From: Laetmonice hystrix
Lineage: Eukaryota
DNA: 64,000 bases
Assembly: GCA_965235115.1 (NCBI GenBank)
Contig: OZ249437.1
Coordinates: 30,194,001-30,258,000 of the forward strand
Reading direction: 5' to 3'
Shown here: piece after piece, positions 38,101 to 53,100 of the stretch
Position numbering within the stretch: the stretch's first letter is position 1
How the letters are laid out: each line of letters starts with the position of its first letter
Position numbers and translations under genes: made by a program
The notes under the pieces: generated by a model
Told to the model about the DNA's origin: nothing
What the model saw: the letters and a program-made list of their open reading frames with translations, nothing else
Databases searched by the model: none

Positions 38101-41100
38101 GTAATTTTGATTTTACGTTTCAAACACACACTTTTGTAAGTAGTCGTTAAGTTCGTTAATTTGGTAAGTGATTCCTACTGACGACTGGGAAGGTGTAAGC
38201 CTGTTGAAATATGAACCCTGTTATTTGTTACTATGGTTAATGCGATTTAGGTTAAGCAATAAGTGTGATAACATTCATCACTTATTTTCTAAATCTAGTA
38301 TCAAACTGGCAATTATATTTCTTGCTCAGAGCCCGTTTACCAGAAAGTTTTTTTTCGTTCCCCTTTATTTTCATTGTTTTGTCGTTTGGGTAAAGTAGAA
38401 TAAAACTTATCTCACATTCATATGCGGTGAAGAATTATTTAGTTTCACTGCCACCATAACCGTTTCGAAAGTGAATTTATCAAATTGTTTTAAGTTTTAC
38501 ACCAGCACAAGTTTAAATATTTCTCACGTCAGATGTGAGGTTGATCTTCACACACAAAGTTGGATTAATCATGGCAGGGACATAATAGTCTTTTAACGGC
38601 CGTTAAGATTTCTTCTTTAACATTTAACCAAAGTGTTGTGACAGGAGTATGATCATTTCGGTGTTTTTAAGCCAGGGCAACTACTAATATCTTGGTTGAT
38701 ACGAGAGAGAGAGAGAGAGTCTAGTTATGTGATTCTGACACATTCAGTACTCGCAGGTGGTGTAGCTCCCTCCCACCAATAAATAAATAAGAATAAGAAT
38801 ATGAAGCTGGGCGCCCCTTCAACATGAGGCAGTAGTGCCGACATTGTCGGTGTTGTCAGAAGATGGGTGTGATAAGACCAGTGATGTGTTAGGGGTTCCC
38901 TGATCGCTAGATCTGTCACGTCGATCAACAACTAAGCATGCACAGCGCCGAATGGTTATGGAATTCACGTTACCAGATCATACATAATGCACGGCTCATA
39001 TGAAGTGTTGCACTGCAGTGCACAGGATGTGCAACATGAAGGAGACCTCCGGAAATGCAGGTCCTACGGGAGAAGGATGCAGGTCCAATACCGGATATGT
39101 AGGTCCAACCCGGGAGGTTGAAGTGCACCACTGGGGAAAGGACCGTAAATGAAACATAGAAAGCGAATACTGCTAACATATTTTTTATAATGTCTTTACG
39201 CCTTTGTCCAAGACAGAAGAATAGGTATGATGCGAAAGGAGTGTGAGTCCGGTACAAAAGAAGCTTTTTTTGTTCTCAATTTCCTTTTTTTCCTATCTCG
39301 ATATTTTGGAGAGAGTTCAAACATGGTGAGTGGAGATAGAGTTGAGATTAGGTGGGTTGATGGAGCAAGGAGTTGCTATCACGACCAAACGAACCTAGTC
39401 TAGCAGAGCGACAGACTAAGCCAGCGCAGTGAACCATCAGTTATGGTAGGAACATCCAATTTGTGACGCAGGCTTACTTCCTATCTCTATGAAGCTCTGC
39501 AGACGTTATCTTTTTCACGGCACCCTGTCTGGTTGAAAAGTCTAATTAAGCAGGGGACTTAATGCGCGTGTCCGCCGCGCCCCCTGGAGGGATTCCTCCC
39601 GAGGCAGGCTGAATGCCAAATGCAATTCGTCCTGTCGCGGGGCAAACAATCTTCTGATGTTGGTAGCTTCGCAAAATGTTGCTGGAGCTCCCAGCGTTAA
39701 AAAAACAGCAAGGCAACTGTCCAGGAAGGCTTCAAACCCCCTGGCTCTCTCGAGAAAACGCCCAATGCAAGGGATAAATATTAACCGAACTCCGCGATGG
39801 TCTTGCATTCATTGCTTTGCCGTGGACAGGGGAGAAATCAGCCAGGGCATCAAAATTGCAACAACCTTGTTTTTTTCCATTAATGAATTTTCCTACTGGG
39901 AACAGCTTTGTGGTTTTCTTGCATTTTCTTCATGAATATATTAACAGACGTGTTTCATAGAATAAGTACTTTATTCTGTTTCTATTCAATAACTGTGTAA
40001 CTCTTAAGTGGTATTACCAAAGCGACACGTTTGTCATTCTTTTTTTTATGTCAAATGATATATCATCCTTTTGATGTATAGGGAAATTCGGTTTTCCTTA
40101 GCTAGCTTTACCTAAACGGATTATATATCAAGCCGTTACGTTTTCCCTGTAGTATCAGAAAGCATGTCCTCTGTTGAATACATATTTGAGTGTTTAATCA
40201 GTCCCATAGGAGGAACCCTAGTCATGGAATGCTAAGTGTTACCATCCCTAATGAGTCGTGGTGCTACCAAATGTCATTATCTTGTGGTCTTTTGATCATT
40301 TGTCTTCATATGCAACACACTGGCCTGAGCGATCACAACGGTGCATCTGAATCAGGATGCTAAATTAGATAGAGCGAATTTCTGCACTTTGTTTGTGCGC
40401 TAGACAAAGGTGGTTTAAAGGTTTCCGCGTGTGAACGGCAGGAAGTTGATATTACAGGTTCCACTTTTTAGCCCTTTTGAAAAGACAATACCGAAAGCTA
40501 ATGTATGTTTCCAACCAAGGCACATTTGGAGATAAAATCGGTCGTAATCTGTCAGGCCAGCCGGGGAGTGCCTGTGTTGCTCGGATGTACCAGTAAAACA
40601 GCTAGTGACTGAAATGTCATCAAGAGTTCTTACAATTGACCAGGTGTTGTCTGCAGCGACAATCGTGGCGAAGCACACCTCATCACTTTGTAACACCTGC
40701 CGCCTGGCATCATCCAAGACCAACAACCCAGTTGCCAAGCGACACTTTGTACAATCGGCTAAAGATGTTGCCAACAGCACAGCCAATCTTGTGAAGGCCA
40801 TTAAGGTGGGTTTGGAATTGGTTTAAGATGAATTTCATTCATGACCGTGTAGACTTTAGGTTTCCGCCGTCACTGAAGTTTTCCTGTAAATCAATACGTA
40901 AAGATGGTTGCTCAATGTAGGGTGAACCCCCAAAAGGTCCATAGTCTGCCCTTGATTGTCGAGAATGTGTATTACCATATCGATCTTGATCAGGTTATCT
41001 TGAAAAGAAGGGAAGCAGTTGGCGGTGAAGATTGTAGTTTGGCGGTGAATTGATTGGGACGATGATTGTGTATGCAACAGGTACTGGACAACGACTTCAA

Positions 41101-44100
41101 CGACGACAACCGACGTAAGTGTGCGGAGGCGGCCAAGCCTCTCATCACGGCCGTCGACGAACTCACAACGTTCGCGTCGTCGCCAGAGTTCGCAAGCATC
41201 CCTGCCAAGATCAGTCACGATGTGAGTCACCTCTCCCCTGACAATGTCGGCAGCTAACCTCACTTTCTCTGCCTAATCTCACTCCTTTCTTTAAATTTGT
41301 GTTTTAATTCTTTAATGGATAGGGTGTGGATGTTAGGGTGGGGTAGTTCTAGACTCTATGCTTTATCATTTATCTGGACTGTGCTTAAAATTTGGGGGAA
41401 GGGATGTTTTACCGGCGTCGCCATTATGCATTGTAAGTTTATGCAAACTACAGGAAATTTAATCAATTAAGCATCAGAGTTGCATGTGTAGATTAATCAG
41501 GGGCTTTAATTCCCAGCGTGGTCGCATGAGAATAGAAATTTTTCAATCCAGTAAAACTGAGGTTTACCATCAGAGATCAGGTTATTAGGTTACAGATTGG
41601 AATAAATGCATGTTGCTTTCAAGTTGCCGCCCCCGTTTGAATTTGCCACTGATTGGCGTAGATTACTCATGACGTGTGTGTGTGTGTTTGACATTTTTCC
41701 CGCTCCAGGCACGCAAGGCGCAGGAACCGGTGCGTTCAGCCAGCGTGCAGCTAATTGACGGTGCCTGTCACATGGTGCAGGCCGCCAAACAACTGGCCGT
41801 CAACCCCAAGGACCCACCCACCTACCAACAGTACTCGGCTCACACTAAGAGTGTCTCGGATGCCATTAAAAAGCTGCTCGGTGCCATCAAGGACAGCGCG
41901 CCGGGCCAGCGCGAATGCGACGCGTCGCTTGAGAAGGTGAACGCGGCCATACGCGATCTGGACCAGGCGGCGCTGGCGGCGATCAGTCAGAGTCTGACTC
42001 CACGCGATGAGAACTCGCTACAAGGATACCAGGATCAGATGTTAAACGCAGCGCGTGAAATCCTTGAGAGCATCGAACCAATCCGAAACGCCGCTCAGAA
42101 CGAGGCGGAGAAACTGGGATATCTTGTAAGTGTTGTATGTGTCGTCTGGGGGGGAGGCGGGGGGGGGGGTGAAAATCTTTATAAATTGTATGGATGATCC
42201 ACAGTCCGTGTACAGTATGGGTAGGGAGGCCTGTCAAACTTCCATTACTCTGATGGTTATAAGGTTCCCCTGCATGTTGAAAAAAAGAAATCTATCAGTG
42301 GAGAGACGCTAAAATGTGGTGAAAGATTTTAATTTGGCATATCATGTGGTTTATCCACCAGGTGTCAGCACTGTCCACCTACATGGAACCGTTGGCGCTC
42401 GGTGCGGTGGGTGCCGCATCCAAGACGGTGAATTCCAAACAACAGATGGCCATGCTAGACCTGACCAAGTCAGTGGCCGAGTCGGCCTTACAGCTCACCT
42501 ACGCCGCCAAGGAGGGTGGCGGCAACCCGAAGGCCGTGCACACCCACAATGCCATCGACGAGGCGGCGGACGGAATGCGGGAAACACTACAGGAACTTAT
42601 CTCCACCCTGGAGGAGGCTAACAGTCAGGCCGGAGTGGTCACTGCCATGATTGACAACATCTCTAAGGCTGTCTCGAAGGTCAGTCCGGACAGGTCCACT
42701 GTCACTGGGCAGGGGTGGAAGGGGAGTTAAGGCAAGGGACACGGAGCTGCTTGAAAATAAGTGGATATTGGAAATGGTCTCTGTGGTCTCTTGTTTGCAG
42801 AACAAAAAGCGGGAGAAATGCAGCTCTTAAATTGTTAGAACAGTTTGTCTGAGAATAGTTGACGCATAGGGAAAATAGTCATTGTGTCCTTGACGTTAGA
42901 TAAAAAACAATTTTGAATGTCGGATTTACATAATTTAATAATTTATATTGAAATATACCCATTGGTCTTCATATTATTGGTGAAAGGAGGACTGGGGGTT
43001 GAATAATGGATGAAGTAAAATGAATAGGTTGGTTTCTCAGTGGGTCTAGACTTGTGGGACACCGTGTATGTATAAATTAAACTGTATTCAGCGTACTGAT
43101 ACTTGTGGGAATTGGCCTGGTTGTAGACGGAGGAACGTGCATTGGCTACAGAGAACGTATCTTACGTCGACTACCAAACAAATATGGTACGCTTGGCGAA
43201 ACAGATCGCTCGTGTGGCTCAGGATATGGTGAGTGTCTTCTCTCCATCATTTCCATTTCTCATTTAGTCAGGCAGCAAGTATTTATATCAAATTGTTTCT
43301 GTTAAACAAAGAACACATGTAGAAGAAGTGACTTAAAAATTTTATTGATAACACAGGCCTACGTTTTTGTAGCTTTCTGAGATTTTCTTCACTGTCAGTT
43401 ATTTGTGTGGGTTTGTTATGAGAAATGGTGAATGTCTCTCCACAGGTTGGTAAGTCAGGCACCAACGTTTCTGAACTGGGCGGTTTGGCCAACCTATTGA
43501 CACGGGACTACACAACGCTAGCCAATGACTCCTGTGGTGCCATGGCAACAAGCTCCAGTCCAGACGTAAGTTCTTTGTACGTTATGATATTGGAGGGACA
43601 TGTTTTGTGTAGGATCAGTATCAGGTGTCTTACTCAATACAGTTTCTAATCTTTATGGTACTGAAAGTCAATGCTATTCTGAGCAATCATATTTATGACG
43701 TTTAAGCAGAGGATAGTCTGTGTTCTGTATAGACCTATAGTCGATGTATCAAAAATCATTTCTCATAGTTTATGTCCTATCTCTCGACTTTCTGTGTTAT
43801 ATCGGTGTATTCTTTCCAGCGTTGCTACAATTTCTATGTATGGTTTACAGATTGCTAACCGCATTAAGTCAGCGGTACAGGAGCTGGGAAAAGCTTGTAT
43901 AAATCTGGTTCAGGACGCGGGTAACCTCCAATCTAACCCGACTGACAGTTTCTCCAAGCGGGATCTGGCTGACCACGCCAGACATGTGTCGGAAAAGGTA
44001 CGTTTGTTAACCAAACGAAAACCAGCCACGAAATGAGCAGTTTGAGGTGGACATGTATATACCGGGGGTAATAAAGGTTCCAAGTGAATTGAAGATTTGC

Positions 44101-47100
44101 TATTCGAATCCTTATCAAGCCAAGTTCTGGTTCCAGCCTTTAAATATCTTTCTGCTTGAGATCCTTCGAAACTGGTCTTCAAAAAAGGTAGCAAAGCTTA
44201 CATGGCCATTAAAAACATCAAAGGAAGTGAAAACATTTGTGAACAAACCACAGATTTTAAAACATGGGTTAAGCTTTAAAGAAAATGTGAAGGCATGTCT
44301 GCGACCAACGCTCAGCGTCAAGTCGTTAATCCTAGTCAGGGTTTGGACTGGGATTAGTGTGGGTATCGTAACGTAATCAGAAAATGTCGCCGTAATCTGA
44401 AGAGAACCAAGTATATATGTGGCAGTTTTAACAATACATGACAGATTATCAACTTGTATCACTGCACTCCTTATTCTGTGGTGGAGTTGATTTTTCCTGA
44501 GCTTTTCCTACCTTTAGTGGGAACGAAGTCATTTCAGCCTTTTCTTTATGAACTTCTCAGATTTCTATTTGCATAATTTGCATCTTGATGTTTAGAAATT
44601 GCGTTGTTTGCCAATTAACTGAACAGAACCTGAGAAATTGGAATTTCATCAAAGATTAAATTTACGACCTCGACAAAGCTGAGAGAATGCCGGGGTGATG
44701 GGATCTTTTTCACGTTTCGTAAAAATGCATAATTTAGTTTTGTTGCTGAAACTGATAAAGACGACACTTTCATTATCTTTGGAACTTGTATGAATTATTT
44801 GAGAAGCCGACAATTTACGATGTGTCTCTGTCCTATACGGCAGACCGCCATCTTATTTGCTGCACTCCAGGGAGATCTGAGGGAGGCACGTATAGCGTGG
44901 GAATTTTCCCACGGTAGTCATCAGTCTGAGCCTCATCGCACCGTTTCATACTTATGGCTTTTTCTTACTTGCACCGACTCTAACAAAATTTCGAATATTC
45001 GGGATTATAGATGCACCTGATCACTTACCGGGATTATTGATTCTAAACCTATACTCAAAACGGTCATTTTTATATTGGGTAAAAAATATAGTAAAATCAG
45101 AATATTGCACGAAAAGGAAAACCCCTATCTTATACCACATCTGTCTGTATTGATAAGATAATGAAATTTACGGATTTTAAATGATTCACTCGGACTGGGA
45201 GTTTGTGAAGGGACTCCGGTCCGCCCCCTGGCGGCAGGAAGCTGTGTCATCAAGCGCCCTCTGGTGTAGAGTAGCGTAGTATCCCCCACCATTGGCACCA
45301 TCACCCACAGTCTGTGCACAAAGGATCGGTGGTTTCCCGTCCAATATCCTGAGATCTTCTCGATTTAAGACTGGGAATGTTCTTTCTGTGTACTGCTCTT
45401 TTTCTGTCAATGAAAACCAAAACTTGTTTAATCTTCTCCTTTCAAATTTGCTCTTACCTTCTTTGACTCTTATCTTGAATCCCATTGTTTTTCCCCCTAG
45501 AAAAAGTGGGTATTTTGTATTCAGTTTTTAAATACGTTTGATTGAAATACCATTTGAATATGTGACTTGAATGTCCTATATAAAACAAATATATGATTTA
45601 ATTATCTCCTCACTAATATATCAAAGACGGATTATTAAACTCTGGTTTTCGAATTGGTTGTAATTGAAATGATCTGTTTTATTTCGGCCTGAATATTTAA
45701 CAATAAAATAAATATACTTTTTGAAGGATTCGACGATTTTTGATTTTTGCAAGAGGAAAGAAAGTCTGCCTTTCTCCATGGCCGCTGATGATGACGAGCC
45801 GATGCTTGCTGGCATTGACATGTCCATAATGTAGTTGTTTTATTTGTGTAGGTGTCTAAAGTCCTGGCCGCCCTACAGGCTGGCTCGCGCGGCACTCAGG
45901 CCTGTATCAATGCTGCAAGTACTGTCAGTGGCATCATTGGGGACCTCGACACAACCATCATGTTCGCCTCGGCCGGTACACTCAACACGGAGGGCGAGGA
46001 GGCGTTCTCCGATCACAGGTACAACATGTACTTTGATCATCACAGGTACCAGTACATTACCAACTACGTCATCAGCACTGCACTGCTGCATGCAGGCGGC
46101 CGGGCCGGCCGGGTGTGGGCACGGCGGAGGGCATGTACACTGACTGCAGTATGACCCCCTATTGTGCGTGGTTGGAAACTACGACTGGTGGATTTATCTG
46201 TTGGCTGATACTAACTCACAGTTCCTGCCTGACATACTAACTCACAGTTCCTGCCTGACCCCCACCCTCCACCCATGCAGGTGTTTCCTCTTGGAATGAC
46301 CAACAAAACTGTCAATGCCATGTACTGATACCACCGTTTTCAGCATTGTCCCTCCCTCGTTTTTTTCCATGCTTATTTTCATGTTTGGATGTGTTTGAGG
46401 GTTGAGTGTCGCTGGCCCGTGGATTCCTACTGGCTTGTTTGTTTGCTCTCCACGACGTTTGGTTTGCTCTCTTTTAATTAACGATGTGCAGGAGTGAAGT
46501 TACTAATACATGCACCCTCAGTGATGTCTGTGTTCAAATAGACCCTGAAAATAGTTTCTTCGATCGCGGTTATAGAATTGATGTTTTGACTGGAGATATA
46601 TTGCGTGTTAGAAATGTAAATATGGTAGTTCTCGTCTGCCGTAACCTTAAGACGAGACGTTATCGATTCTACATCTATTTTGATATATCTGAGTTAACAG
46701 ATTGTTGGGATTAGGTTTTATAAAGCGAATCAGTTCTTATAATTGCCCTCAATTCAAGAAGAATCCTCCAGTGCTTTTGGCGTAACTGTTCCTCATCCAT
46801 TGACCTACTTATAATTTATTTTAGATGAACCATCGTCATGTATTAATTAGTTCTAGGTGCTGAGTTTGTTAATGATGATGAGCTATCTTTGATTGTATGA
46901 CAACCATTAATTGGATATTTTCAGGGAGAACATTCTGAAGACTGCCAAGTCCCTTGTTGAGGACACCAAGACACTGGTGGCTGGTGCAGCATCTAACCAG
47001 GAGCAGCTGGCGCAGGCTGCCCAGAGTGCCGTCATGACCATTACCAAACTGTCGGATTGCGTCAAGCATGGCGCCGCGTCGCTCGGCTCCGAGCAGCCGG

Positions 47101-50100
47101 AGGCTCAGGTACGTCTACCTGTCTGTGACACTGACAGGGGGTGTGTTCAGTTTGGTGGTTCTAGTCTGGTTGTTGTACTGGTGGTGGGAGATCTTATCTT
47201 GTCTGAGCGTACAAACCCAAACATGGAAACATGGGATAGGCAAGTCACTAAACACTTGGACCGAGCCTATGTCGGGATCGTAGTTCGGTCTTACATTCAG
47301 AAAAAGTGAAGGGCCCCTTGAAAGAGTACTGCAATGGCAAAACATGAAGGACAAAGAAATATCAGTATTTTATTTTCGAACCACTACGAAAGCTTTGAGG
47401 GTAAAATTTTTGGGTTGCTGGACTATGAACTATTAGTTGTAGAGAGGATTCTTAGTTTTTGTGAGTTTTGTTTGGGATGATAGCGTAGTAAAATGTTGTC
47501 CTTTTGTTGTGTTGTTTATTGTTATTGTGTTGTCTGATGACAAATGTAGACGTAGTACTATATCACTCTTTCCGTGTCAGTTTCTGTCTAAGGACAGGAG
47601 ATAACATTTTCATTTACCCCTGAAGCTAATAGTGAGAGGTCTGGGGTCCGACCTGACAGTTCACTGCCCCCCCCCCCCCCCCCCAGCCCGGATCAGCCCC
47701 TCCTTGAGTTGCTAACTGACACGGGATAGCTGTCTCTCTGTAGTAGTTGATACATTGTGCCCTCCCCCCAGCCCGGATCAGCCCCACCTTGAGTTGCTAA
47801 CTGACACGGGATAGCTGTCTCTCTGTAGTAGTTGATACATTGTGCCCTCCCCCCAGCCCGGATCAGCCCCACCTTGAGTTGCTAACTGACACGGGATAGC
47901 TGTCCCTCTGTAGTAGTTGATACTTTGTGCCCTCCCCCCACCCAGCCCGGATCAGCCCCTCCTTGAGTTGCTAACTGACACGGGATAGCTGTCCCTCTAT
48001 AGTAGTTGATACTTTGTGTCCTCCCCCCACCCAGCCCGGATCAGCCCCTCCTTGAGTTGCTAACTGACACGGGATAGCTGTCCCTCTGTAGTAGTTGATA
48101 CTTTGTGCCCTCCCCTCCCCCCACCCAGCCCGGATCAGCCCCCTCCTTGAGTTGCTAACTGACACGGGATAGCTGTCCCTCTGTAGTAGTTGATACTTTG
48201 TGCCCTCCCCCCAGCCCGGATCAGCCCCTCCTTGAGTTGCTAACTGACACGGGATAGCTGTCCCTCTGTAGTAGTTCATACTTTGTGCCCTCCCCCCAGC
48301 CCGGATCAGCCCCTCCTTGAGTTGCTAACTGACACGGGATAGCTGTCCCTCTGTAGTAGTTGATACATTGTGCCCTCCCCCCACCCAGCCCGGATCAGCC
48401 CCACCTTGAGTTGCTAACTGACACGGGATAGCTGTCCCTCTGTAGTAGTTGATACTTTGTGCCATCCCCCCACCCAGCCCGGATCAGCCCCACCTTGAGT
48501 TGCTAACTGACACGGGATAGCTGTCCCTCTGTAGTAGTTGATACATTGTGCCCTCCCCCCACCCAGCCCGGATCAGCCCCACCTTGAGTTGCTAACTGAC
48601 ACGGGATAGCTGTCCCTCTGTAGTAGTTGATACTTTGTGCCCCCCCCCCCACCCACCCAGCCTGGATCAGCCCCTCCTTGAGTTGCTAACTGACACGGGA
48701 TAGCTGTCCCTCTGTAGTAGTTGATATTTTGACGCACCACGTCCTCTCAGGTATTGCTCATCAATGCCGTGAAGGATGTCGCCGCCGCACTTGGTGACCT
48801 CATCTCGGCGACCAAGAACGCGTCCGGCAAGCCGGCCCAGGACCCGGCCATGTCAACATTGAAGGACTCAGCAAAGGTTGGTGTGCTGACACCATCTGCT
48901 GCTGATGTAGGTGCTCGTTGTCAAGTAGCTGCTGTCGGTAGCTCGGTCTCACAAGCTACCGACCCATTACTGGCAGTATACAGAACCACCTCAGCTTCGT
49001 ATTTGGAATAAGAATGGAAATGTAAAAAAACAAGAAAAATGTATATACTTTTGGACCATCACAACAGAGCTTTAGGCAAAGAAACAAATAAATATTTGTA
49101 TTTAAGCCGACTTAAATGAGAAGAAACAGGAATTCTGTATACTATGTTCACACTGCTTGTATTAACCTGTGACTTGTTAGCTTGCTTGGGAAAATATTGG
49201 CGTTTATTTTCAAATGTGTTCGTTGTATACGTGTGTTAGTTTGGATTTCAACCCTTCAAAATAATTAATTTCAGCCAAGGTACTGTAATATGTCTTATGC
49301 GTATATGTTTTGTATTAAACATTAATTATCATTCTAATTACTTGTTGGTTAACTAACCATTAAGTTGATGCTTACTTAACGTACCGAGTAATCCGTGTTA
49401 TGTTTCTTGTTGCACTAATATGACCCCCATGCTGGAGAAGTTTTCATGGTATGTCCTGCTCTGTGGGATTGTGATATGTTACTTATTTAATATATCCTTA
49501 TTGTACTGTGCTTGTATATTCCCATCATCATCCTACCAAATACCAAATAACAGATAGTGCTATTCAGAGATACCCTTGGCTGACCATTTCCTCAGGATTG
49601 GTTCACTCCCGGCCTTCATATGCACAAACACAAAAGGAAAATACTTTTTGGATATGTACTATATACGAATCATAATATTGAGAATGACATGACAACAATA
49701 TGCTTGAGGTATTTGGGGAAAATTCTTTTCGATAAAGTTCCCTTGATATTTGATTTCACCACGTCTGTATTTCTGTAAGCAGGAGTAGAACAGTACAAAA
49801 GTTACAGTACTGTGCTACATTCATTGAACCATCTCCCCTAGAAGTAAAAGGAATGAACCATTTATTTCTCCCCTTTTTTACCCCTTGATGTTACCACCCC
49901 CACTAATCCCCCACCACCCTTACTTGGCTGCTGGTGCTAGTGCTCCACATCCCCGCCATTGGCGCTGATAGTGCTGTAGACTTGAACACCAGCAAATCAA
50001 GATAAGACTAACCAACCAATAGATTTTGAATGAAGAAAGGCCACCACCATCTGGGTACAAGTTTGCCAGAGAAGAATTCAAAGTTACCTTTGGAACGCTA

Positions 50101-53100
50101 AGCCAACTAGTGCTGCTTTGCCTGAACACGGACAGCATCCCTGCATGGTTTTCATCCCATGAAAGATAAGACAAAGGAACAATATGTCATATGGTACAGA
50201 TTTAGGTTCTGTGTGTTATATTCTTTACTATATCCGTCTACGCACGAAATTTCATGAAAAAAAAGGCCTTTCTTCATTTCTACCAACTGCTTCCGGTCGT
50301 AGACTCTTGGCTGACTGTAACCTTTGAACTCTGGCAGGTCATGGTCACCAACGTGACGTCATTGCTGAAAACCGTGAAGACAGTTGAAGACGAGGCTGCC
50401 CGTGGAACACGGGCCTTGGAGTCAAGTATTGAAGCTATAGGGCAGGAAATCAAAGTAAGTTATACATGGTGGGAAACTTTGTAATCTGCAGGAGAAATTC
50501 CTTCTGGCATTTTGAAGTTAAGTGCGATTGAAGGAAGGTCCGAAATTCGTTGAGAATTTAAGTAACAAACATATTGCATTTGGGAGACACGAATATTAGC
50601 TACTAGGGAAAAACCGAACAATGCCCTGTTTTCGTATAGGCCTAGTCGGTAGAAACTCTCAAAGTCTAACTCACTTTGTACCATTTTCCTTGTAACAGAA
50701 TTATGTGGCATCAGACCGAACTGAAAAGAAAATTACCCCGGAAGAACTTATACGGTCGACACGGCACATCACCACAGCAACGGCCAAGGCGGTGGCTGCA
50801 GGGAATTCTGGGAAACAGGATGACGTCATCGCAGCAGCCAACATGGGACGCCGAGCCATTTCGGACGTCCTGTACGCCACCAAGGGAGCCGCCGCATGCG
50901 CCGAGTCACGCGACGTCAAACAGAGGGCCTTGTCTGCCGGCAAAAATATGGCGAATTCCTACAAAGAACTCCTTGAACAAGTCAACATAGTAAGGAAAGA
51001 TTGAACCCAGAATGCCTGCCCCAGTTAGTCAGTGGTGAATAGGTTGATAAGTTTCATCATTGACAGTTTTTGTGTGCCGTATATTGCGACTCGCCATCAG
51101 TCGTAGTCAGTTGACCAGCACTGTTTGTGGTACTTGTAGGTGATGCAAAAACCAGGGCCTGACCAGAAGCAGCGACTGGCGGTGTTGTCCAAACGGGTGG
51201 CGACCATGGTCACAGAACTCATCCATTCAGCTGAGGCAATCAAAGGTAAGCCCTGACACGTCACATTCCCACAACATATAGATCTATGGATAGGTTCGTG
51301 GCACTTAACTTTAAGTTGTAACTAAACGTTAAGATTAAGATGAGATCCCACTACTCTTGTAATGTCGGTCCCTGAATCAATATTTATAGGTTCTCTGAAT
51401 TGTAATAACACGCTTCAATAAAATGTAATTGGTGCTAGGTAAAGACTTCGTGATGATGTTCAAGAAGTTAGATAACAGTGAATGATATACGTTGGAATTG
51501 GTGCATATTCTTGAATCAGTGTTATTGTTGCACAGTTCCCGTCTCAGTGTTTGTCACTTGTGGACTTTTGATAACTTACAGCACTCGTACACGTAACAAG
51601 TTATTAATATGGGGCTACGTTCTGGCCTTACTCACTCTTGTGAATGCTTTTAGTGGGTTGGTCAGTTGAACTGCACTTTAAAACGGTCGCAGTCATTTCG
51701 CACTAATATGATTGCATCAAAAAAAATGTTGCTGAATATGGGCAAGCTGTCTAGCGCAGTGCACTGAACGGGAGATTCGCCTGTAAGGTATCTGGTTTTG
51801 TTTTTGCTTTTAGTTGGGCGTCGTGACCAGGGTAAGGTTAAGCCACCACGTGGCGTGCCAGTGTGGAGCATGTGAAACTGTAATCATTTTCTCGCAAATA
51901 CCAGAGAATTTCAGGAGCCACCTGCTGCTAGTCCACATACCGGAAACGTGGCTCCGATCGCATTTGCTGCTTTTTTCCAATTTATGGTCCCTTTGACGTT
52001 TTGACGAAGTTTTCATTCCTTATTTCGTTTTATAATGTTACGGACAGTGGTGAACGGCTGCGTGAGAGAGGGTCTAGCACGGTTCATATTCTTAGAAAAA
52101 AAATTAGGTATACCATCCAAATTAAAAGGAAAGAGTGACTATACATGTACTGTTTATAGACTTCTGAAAGTAAAATGATCATGTATATCAGGTTAATGGA
52201 CAACTGTTTAGCCCACTTTTAGAAATAGTCTTCCAGCCGTTAACCTTCCATGTCCGTAACTAATTATGTTATATTTTCTTATGACAATCTTTCATGGAAA
52301 TAGGGAAGACAGTCCAACCCAAGACTTTGCACTAATACGCCGCCAATGAGTTGATTTCTCCCAACAGTTTTACGCCTTGCTAAATAAATGTCAGGAAGCA
52401 ATAATTTTCCAGTCCCCAAACCTTAGGCACTGTTCGTAATTGAGCCTGGTACCAGAATCATTCCATCATTAAGATCCCAGTAAGTCCATCCTACTAATCA
52501 AAACTGCTTCGCTTGTTTCCCTTTGCACTCACCAGAGGTCAACAAGACTTCAGATTCTCCAGAGGTTAAAAGTATATATCATTTGTATATCAAATACTTT
52601 GGTGGTGTACAAATTTTGCTTAGAAAATGTGGTAGAAAATGTGTGGCCTGATGTGTTATGTTAGAATATTATTGTATGACTTCTTAATACTTCAAAACAA
52701 ATCTTTTGGAAGGTGGTTTTTATTTTATAGGAATTTTCGTCGTCTAATTATGTTTTGCTTTATACCTAGGTTGTGTTTTGTAGGAAGTACGCATGTAATG
52801 ATGTCTTAGCATGTTGTGAAATGATTCGTAGATAATGTTGGTGGCTGAAGCAGAGACCAGTCGCGATTATTCAGTTCAATAGAACCTTGTGTTTTCTCAT
52901 GATTCAGTTGTGGAATGATTTGGATGAGTAGTTCAGAACCTGGATGTATCAAAGTGTGTCGGCACCCATGGGGGTTTACTGATAATGTTTGTGATGAGTG
53001 CATGCTCATATCATCTGGAGTAATTAATTGTTGATTCGTAACCGGGAAAGGATCCGTAAATATGGCTTGATGTGTACAGTTGACTATTAATAATCTAACT

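Noticed and set aside
44101-44111. ATTCGAATCC resembling a Pol III B-box (tRNA or SINE)
   Set aside because: No A-box or cloverleaf is visible, and no tRNA, rRNA or snoRNA could be supported anywhere in the window.
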